This document shows, piece by piece, positions 58,560 to 64,000 of a stretch of DNA of 64,000 nucleotides (position 1 is the stretch's first letter; the number at the start of each line of letters is the position of its first letter). Source of the stretch: Euglena gracilis (lineage: Eukaryota); the NCBI GenBank assembly GCA_039621445.1, contig CP154954.1, positions 40,789,572 to 40,853,571 of the forward strand, given 5' to 3'. A model generated the notes under the pieces. It made no database searches and was not told the DNA's origin. It saw nothing but the letters and a program-made list of their open reading frames with translations. The translations under genes and the position numbers were made by a program.

Positions 58560-58886
58560 TGTGAAGCTGGGTATGCCCACCAACTAAGGATATCCGCTAT
58601 GGTATTTTCTTTTCCCAGGATATATCCCACTGTCAAATCATACTTGGAGAAAATTTGGTGCCATCTCGCCCTCTTCCCAACCGGACCTCTAGGGGTATCT
58701 AGGACTTCCCTTGTCCAAGACTCCAAACTTTGGTGGTCGGTTGAAACCAAAACGGGTTGCAATCCAATCAAACTCTCCCATTTTTGTAGTGCCAAATATG
58801 GCATACGTCTCCAACTCCCTGGGGGTCCATTTTCTTTGCCCCTCAGTCAATTTTCGAGACATAAAAGCCACTGGAACAGTCATCAC
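58560..58886 (-). pseudogene. RNase H (C-terminal half) of the gypsy element
   Basis: PVAFMSRKL..QRKW..RELE..AI, TDHQSL, RARW, GKENTIADILS. Confidence 0.9.
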
Positions 58887-59269
58887 ATTCTGTGGGTCTT
58901 CTCCTCTCCTTCATTTGCTCTAACTTTACTGTGCATCAATTGCACAAAGAGCAACACCTTTTTTCAGCTCCTTAGCAAAATTTTTTCAGCTCTTTTAACT
59001 TTTCTTTTCAATTCACACTCCTTTTTTCCAATCCTGGGCTCTTCTTTCTTGCAATTTGCTGCTACTGGCTACATTACCGATGTTTAATAAATTTATCCCA
59101 CTTCCTTAAAATTTTTTTCCATCCTCCCACATTTCAGTGCCTCCTAAAGTTTCATAAAATTTGCCCCAAAAATTCACCAAATTGTCTTCGTTCCCCTGAG
59201 CCCCCCGTGTACCACGTTCACGTCTTTGTCATCCCCTGCATCCAAATCTTTTGGTGTCACCACTAGATC

Positions 59270-59830
59270 CTTTGCTGTAAGTATGTCATCGATGTACCCT
59301 GTGGCGATATCCCTTACCGGTGTCAAACGGTCATCGATCATTTGCTGAAATTGTTTGGGGGCATTTGTCAAACCCATTACATTCACCCTCCACTGAAAAA
59401 TGCCTTTGGGGGTAAAACAACACGTTATGGTCGACTTTCTGGGTGTAAGGGTTGTTGGTCAAAAGCTTGCTTCAAATCGATGATCGAAAACATTTAGTTT
59501 GCACCATCTTTGACCAAAATGTCTTCAATTTTGGGTAGGGGGTAGTTGCATCGCCTTGTTTGGCTGTTTGGGCCCCTGAGGTCCACCACCCACCTCCAAG
59601 GAAAATTGTTGCATTTTTTTTGGAACTGGAAAAGTCTGTGACAGCCATTCAGAATTTTTGGCTGTGGCTGGCTCAATGAATTTTCTGTCAATCCAGTCTT
59701 GTGTGATATTTTCAAGTGCCTCTTTCCTCTCACCGTGCATGAAAAAAGGCTTCTGTCTGGTTGGCTTTGCCCCCTCCTTCAACGGTATGTATGCATAACC
59801 ATATTGCCCTCTTTCGGGGGGGTCTGGAAA
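59270..59830 (-). pseudogene. Reverse transcriptase of the gypsy element (frameshifted)
   Basis: IPLKEGAKP...FPVPKK, WRWVVDLRGPN...YPLPKIEDIL, MGLTNAPKQFQ...YIDDIL. Confidence 0.92.
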
Positions 59831-60350
59831 TGGCGATGACCGAAATACTGTTCCCCTGTAATCCTGCAAAACTTGTTCTCTCAACTTGACCACCCGTTCA
59901 TCCTCCTTTTTGTCCTCCCCCTCCCTTGCAATTATCATTCGGTTGATAACTTGCACTGGGTGGTCACTTCCCTCCAAATTGTGGCAACCTCCCTCAGGTC
60001 CTCATCGCTCCAAAATTGCAATTCCTGGTCCAACCCTTCCAAAGGCAAACAAAGACCAAGTTTTTGCAACCCAAACGAAGACCCGTCCACCGCTGTCACA
60101 TTGTCCACTGAAAAATTTGTGTCATCCCTGAATTTTTGCGGCCCCTCCGTCTTTCAAAACCCCGCAAAAAATTAGGTTGGGGCTGTCTTTCACCAACGCC
60201 TTGTGGTGTGGAAAAATTCCAGTTTTGCCTCTGCCAACCAAGGATAAGAAAGAATTGCATCAACTTTGATACTTGCCTCATAAAATTCAACTTCATATTC
60301 CACACACCCAGGTTCCCGTTCCTCATTCCAATTTTGTTGAAGGATCACTT

Positions 60351-60608
60351 TCACCTTAGCACATCCGCCTCCCCCCCCGCCAAAGTTTGCCCATTGGCAG
60401 TTTCAAACCTTAACGGGTCCTTAGCAGGATACATTAGGTGGTCCCCTTTCAACCCTTGTCGAATGAGGTTTGCCTCAGCCCCCGTGTCAGTCAAAATTCT
60501 GGCTGTTTTTTCCTCCCCATTTGCCAACTTAATCTGGGTTTTTAACAGAAGTTGTCTGTCCTCCCCGAGTTTCTTCGATCCTCCCCGAGTTTTCGTACCC
60601 CTCAACAT
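60351..60608 (-). pseudogene. Retroviral-type aspartic protease of the gypsy element
   Basis: ARILTDTGAEANLI...FETANGQ motif. Confidence 0.9.
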
Positions 60609-60659
60609 TCTTTTTTTTCAGCTGAACGATTTTTTTCTTCCCTGGGGCTGCCCCACTCT

Positions 60660-61070
60660 GAGAGGGTTGCCTTCTATCAATAAACAAGGCACACACACCC
60701 CAACGGGTGCCCCTCAAAATCCTCCCATCAGCCTCCCAAAACTTTGTCCCCTTGGGAAAATAAATCATTTTGAAAGCCATAGCAACCAGTTTTTCACCCA
60801 CCTCCGATCCAAGTCAGGGCAAATGCAAATTGCCCGAAAGCTGGCGTTTTGCAACTTTTCAGCCACATCAGGCCACAAAGTTTCAGGGGGGGGTTCATCC
60901 ACAACGTTTCCTCCGCACCCCATTCCTTTTCATGGCATCATCATCCTCCCCATAAAACTTTTCACACCTGGCATTTTGGCTGGTTGCAAAACAATCCCGT
61001 TCAGCCCTAACCTGAAATTCCTTTTCAGTATCCTCCATACAGACTTTCCTAACAGCATAATCCTCCCTAC
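60660..61070 (-). pseudogene. Dam-like N6-adenine methyltransferase domain inside the gypsy element (frameshifted)
   Basis: RDCFATSQNARCEKFY...DDAM, then after a frameshift EWGAEETLWMNPP (NPP ~60895-60887), then AICICPD. This parallels the DIRS MT in the same window (LFASPGNKKLPQF...DAL...NPPW). The residue after NPP is degraded. Confidence 0.75.
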
Positions 61071-61089
61071 GATATCCCCTTTTTTGTTT

Positions 61090-61690
61090 TAACACGGTTA
61101 ACAAATACTCCACCAGTTGTTTAGGCATCCTCCATATTTTTCTGGGTACCAACTGTCATTCCGTACCCTCCCAACTTTTCACGGTGAATCCTCCCCCCAG
61201 AATCAAATTCGGGCAGGTCTGGCCATCACAAAGTTTGTTTTTTAGCTTGCTCAGATTTTCGCTCCCCCAGATTCGAATGGGTTTTTAATATGACCAATCT
61301 GAAAATTGACAACAATAAACATCGACAAAAGTCAGATTTTGAACGCAGGGTCTTTTCCGCAAAAGCCCATGACAGGGATTTTCAATCCACCGCAACTTTG
61401 GTTTGAAATATTCGAAAATTTCCAAAGTTCTTTTTGACCAGCCGATCTGCCCCCTCCAAATTTCTGACTCCCAACGTTTTGGCCAAGCTATATTCTGTAC
61501 AGGGCACCCCCGCAGCAATGATCTGAAAATATTTGGGGGGGGTACCTCCAGTATCTCCACTCTAAAATATTTACATAGTGGGTTGGGTTAAATCTGCGGT
61601 TGATGCCCACTGACACAACCTTAAACCCCTGCTCTCTCAGGCAATACCCAACCGATCCTTTACCGCAAAAAAGGTCTGAAGCTCTTTTCT
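61090..61690 (-). pseudogene. C5-cytosine DNA methyltransferase domain inside the gypsy element (frameshifted)
   Basis: Motif I DLFCGKGS (61676-61653); catalytic motif IV IIAAGVPCTEYS (PC at 61504-61499); motif VI WIENP (ENP at 61383-61375); motif VIII-like Y*KPIRIW; terminal RMPKQLVEYLL. Two frameshifts lie in homopolymer runs (~61538, ~61433) and there is one TAA at 61287-61285. Confidence 0.88.
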
Positions 61691-61842
61691 TTACGGAAGG
61701 CTGTGCACGACCTCTCATGAGGTCTGGTTTTTTACGGATTTGCACGTCACGCACGCACGCACCCGTCACACTGGACACACCTTCTGCAGAGATCTCCTGT
61801 GGTTGCAGATTTTTCATCGTGGTTTCACTCGCACGCACATAT

Positions 61843-62897
61843 GGCCTAAAGTGGAGCCCCCACACTTAAGTGTGGGGTACTGTGGGGGGTATGTGTGGGG
61901 GGGGTGCGGGGGGGTGTGTGGGGGGGTGTGGGGGGGGTGGTGTGTGGGGTGGGGTGGGGGGGTGTGTGGGGGTGGTGCGGGTTTGTGTGGGGGGTGTGTG
62001 GGGGGTGTGTGGGGGGGGGTGTGGGGGGGGGGGGTAGTGTGGGGGGGGGTGTGGGGGGGGTGTTTTGTGGGGGGGTGTTGTGGAGGGTGTGGGGGGGGGG
62101 GGTTTGTGGGGGGGGTGTTGTGGGTTGTGTGGGAGGGGTGTGGGGGGGGGGGGGTGAGGGGGTGCCAAATCTGAGGAAAGTGGATTTTCTTTCTCTTGCC
62201 TTGCACACACAAGGGATGATGTTATTTTGGTTCTGGGGGGGGGTCCGGGGGGGCGCCACCCCCCCCCGGGCCGCGGCCGAAGTCCGCGGCGCGACGAGGC
62301 CGAAGGCCGAGTAAGTAAAAAAAAATGACACCCGAACAGTTGGTCACATTCAACTTGGGTTTAAAAAAGAATCAGGCTGTTGCTCACCCATGGTACTGTA
62401 AACCAACAAAGTGGATTTTCTTTCCCTTGCCTTGCCCACACAAGGGGATGATGTTATTTGGTTCTGGGGGGGGGTCCGGGGTGGGGCGCCCCCCCCCCCC
62501 CGGGCCGCGGCCGAAGGCCGCGGCGCGACGAGGCCGAAGGCCGAGTAAGTCAAAAAAATGACACCCGAACAGTTGCGCACAGTCAACATGAGTGTGGGGG
62601 GGAGTGTGGGGGGGTGTGGGGGGGTGTATGGGGTGTGTGGGGGGGTGTGGGTGTGTTTGGGGGTGTGTGGGGGTGTGGGGGTGTGTGTGGGGGGGTGGGT
62701 GGGGGGGTGTGGGGGGGGGTGGGGGTGTGTGTGGGGGTGTGTGTGGGTGGGGGGTGGGGGGGTGTGTGGGGGGGGTGTGTGGGGGGGGTGTGGGGGGGTG
62801 TGTGGGGTGTGTGTGGGGGGGTGTGTGGGGGGGTGTGTGGGGTTCTGTGGGGTACTGTGGGGTACTGTGGGGTACTGTGGGGGCTCCGCTTTATGCC
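61843..62897. mobile_element. MITE family B, copy 2 (opposite orientation, nested in the gypsy element between gag and the C5-MTase)
   Basis: Inverted ends GGCCTAAAGTGGAGCCCCCACA / TGTGGGGGCTCCGCTTTATGCC. G-rich subterminal arrays. Internal units are reverse-complement homologues of those in copy 1. Confidence 0.85.
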
Positions 62898-63006
62898 ATG
62901 TCTCCTCGCACGAGATTGATCATGCCACCTGGCTTTTGCGTTTGTCTTTGTGTGGGGCTGGGTATACAAGCCCGTGGCGGCTCCCGCCCCCAACGGTCCA
63001 CCCCGG

Positions 63007-64000
63007 CTATCCTAGCATCGGTTTCCTTTCCCCCTTCCTTTGCCTATGCCTTTTCCACCATCCTGGCCCTTTCCTCCTAGACCAGTCATTTCCATTGTTT
63101 CCTTTCCCGCAAGAATTGTTTCCTTTGCCCTTTCCTTTGCCTTTGCCTTTGCCACCACCAGATTGTGAATCGAAATTCTGTTTATTTGACTGCCACCAGT
63201 CACTTCCCTGTGAATTGGCATTGGCATTGGAATTCCACCCAGAATCGTTTCTCCATCGCCCCCGATTGCCAATTTCAGATTGTTGGGGGGGTGGCAACGA
63301 CTGTGATCGAACCACTGGCACTGGATTTTGTGCTGGGGGGTTCACGTTCGTATTGGTCATTGGAGCTGCCACCTGTGAAGAATCTGATTTTTCAACGGAC
63401 GGTTTTGCCATCGTTTCGCCCCCCTTTGCTGACCGTGTTTGGGAGGGTGTCCGGGACCCCTTGGCCCGATCTACCTTTGCAAACCTGGTCCTCTGGTTTC
63501 CAACCCCATTTGGCTCTTTGGAACTGTGTATCATGTCTTGATTGTCCCTGGATGACAATTTTCGCTCAACAAAACGGCAAATTTCCTCAGCTCCCATTTT
63601 TGGCTGTTCCTCCACGATTTTGATCCTTTTGTCCGTGCCTGTGATTGGTTTCCCACTGAGCTCTTTCAGTTTGTCGCAAATCGTAGTGTTGGGCAAAAAG
63701 ACTTCGAACTCCATCGGTGAAACTTTCAAAACCTTGCAGGGCTTTTCCCCAGTGACACGTTCCACGGCACAAATAATGTTTTCCTCGGTTGCAGGCACTC
63801 CAGGGTACATTTTGACTTTCGGTCCACACGTTGATTTCCTTTCCTCCTCATCGGCGACCCAATGCAAAATGAAATTTGGCAGTTCTCCCTTGACCAGCCT
63901 TTCTTGCTCATCGTCGGTGGCACTTTTCACCTGTCTCCAGGCCATTCTGAAATTTATCGCAAAGTCTGGCCATTGCCGTACGGTAATTTTCCCTTTGGTT
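63007..64000 (-). CDS. gag-like ORF of the gypsy element (5'-partial)
   Basis: Open frame of more than 312 aa upstream of pol on the same strand, with a low-complexity N/G/K-rich C-terminus (GKGKGKGK). Assigned by position, not by a conserved motif. Confidence 0.65.
   Translation of the reverse strand, partial: TKGKITVRQWPDFAINFRMAWRQVKSATDDEQERLVKGELPNFILHWVADEEERKSTCGPKVKMYPGVPATEENIICAVERVTGEKPCKVLKVSPMEFEVFLPNTTICDKLKELSGKPITGTDKRIKIVEEQPKMGAEEICRFVERKLSSRDNQDMIHSSKEPNGVGNQRTRFAKVDRAKGSRTPSQTRSAKGGETMAKPSVEKSDSSQVAAPMTNTNVNPPAQNPVPVVRSQSLPPPQQSEIGNRGRWRNDSGWNSNANANSQGSDWWQSNKQNFDSQSGGGKGKGKGKGKGNNSCGKGNNGNDWSRRKGPGWWKRHRQRKGERKPMLG

Larger units (their letters stand above)
56265..64000 (-). 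mobile_element. Decayed Ty3/gypsy LTR retrotransposon with chromodomain, carrying two DNA methyltransferase domains; 5' part runs off the window
   Basis: Minus-strand order: gag-like ORF, C5-MTase, Dam-like MTase, protease (DTGA), RT (YIDD), RNase H, integrase, GPY/F-like motif, chromodomain, purine tract, candidate LTR. PR-RT-RH-IN order defines Ty3/gypsy. Many frameshifts and stops. Confidence 0.93.

Noticed and set aside
58131-61092. Long plus-strand ORFs 58131-59087 and 60136-61092
   Set aside because: Antisense shadows of the minus-strand pol; no recognisable motifs.
56813-61287. In-frame TGA for Trp and TAA for probable Gln as stop-codon reassignment
   Set aside because: They occur only in a frameshift-riddled transposon and are single transitions. 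Host genes show no internal stops and end in TAG and TGA.
61090-61690. C5-MTase as bacterial contamination or a restriction-modification gene
   Set aside because: It is co-oriented with and embedded between gag and protease, shares their composition and decay, and has no endonuclease partner.

Overview
Eukaryotic, intron-rich DNA. Short GC-rich exons sit in introns full of MITEs and microsatellites. The source is most likely a euglenid (inference): several introns lack GT-AG ends and have base-paired termini, and TTAGGG-type repeats occur. Three + strand multi-exon genes were reconstructed by hand: an alpha-kinase (eEF2K/MHCK family, 5' end unresolved, stop at 14344), an AN1 zinc-finger/ubiquitin-like protein ending in a CaaX box (16960-25759), and an atypical MAPK-like kinase with a long low-complexity tail (28840 to about 48900). 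The last 13 kb hold a decayed DIRS-like retrotransposon (+) and a decayed chromodomain-bearing Ty3/gypsy element (-). The main discovery is that the gypsy element carries a C5-cytosine DNA methyltransferase followed directly by a Dam-like N6-adenine methyltransferase between gag and protease. The second is a set of non-canonical stem-closed introns, many of which can be written as GY...CG. All exon borders are manual inferences from protein motifs; there is no transcript evidence.
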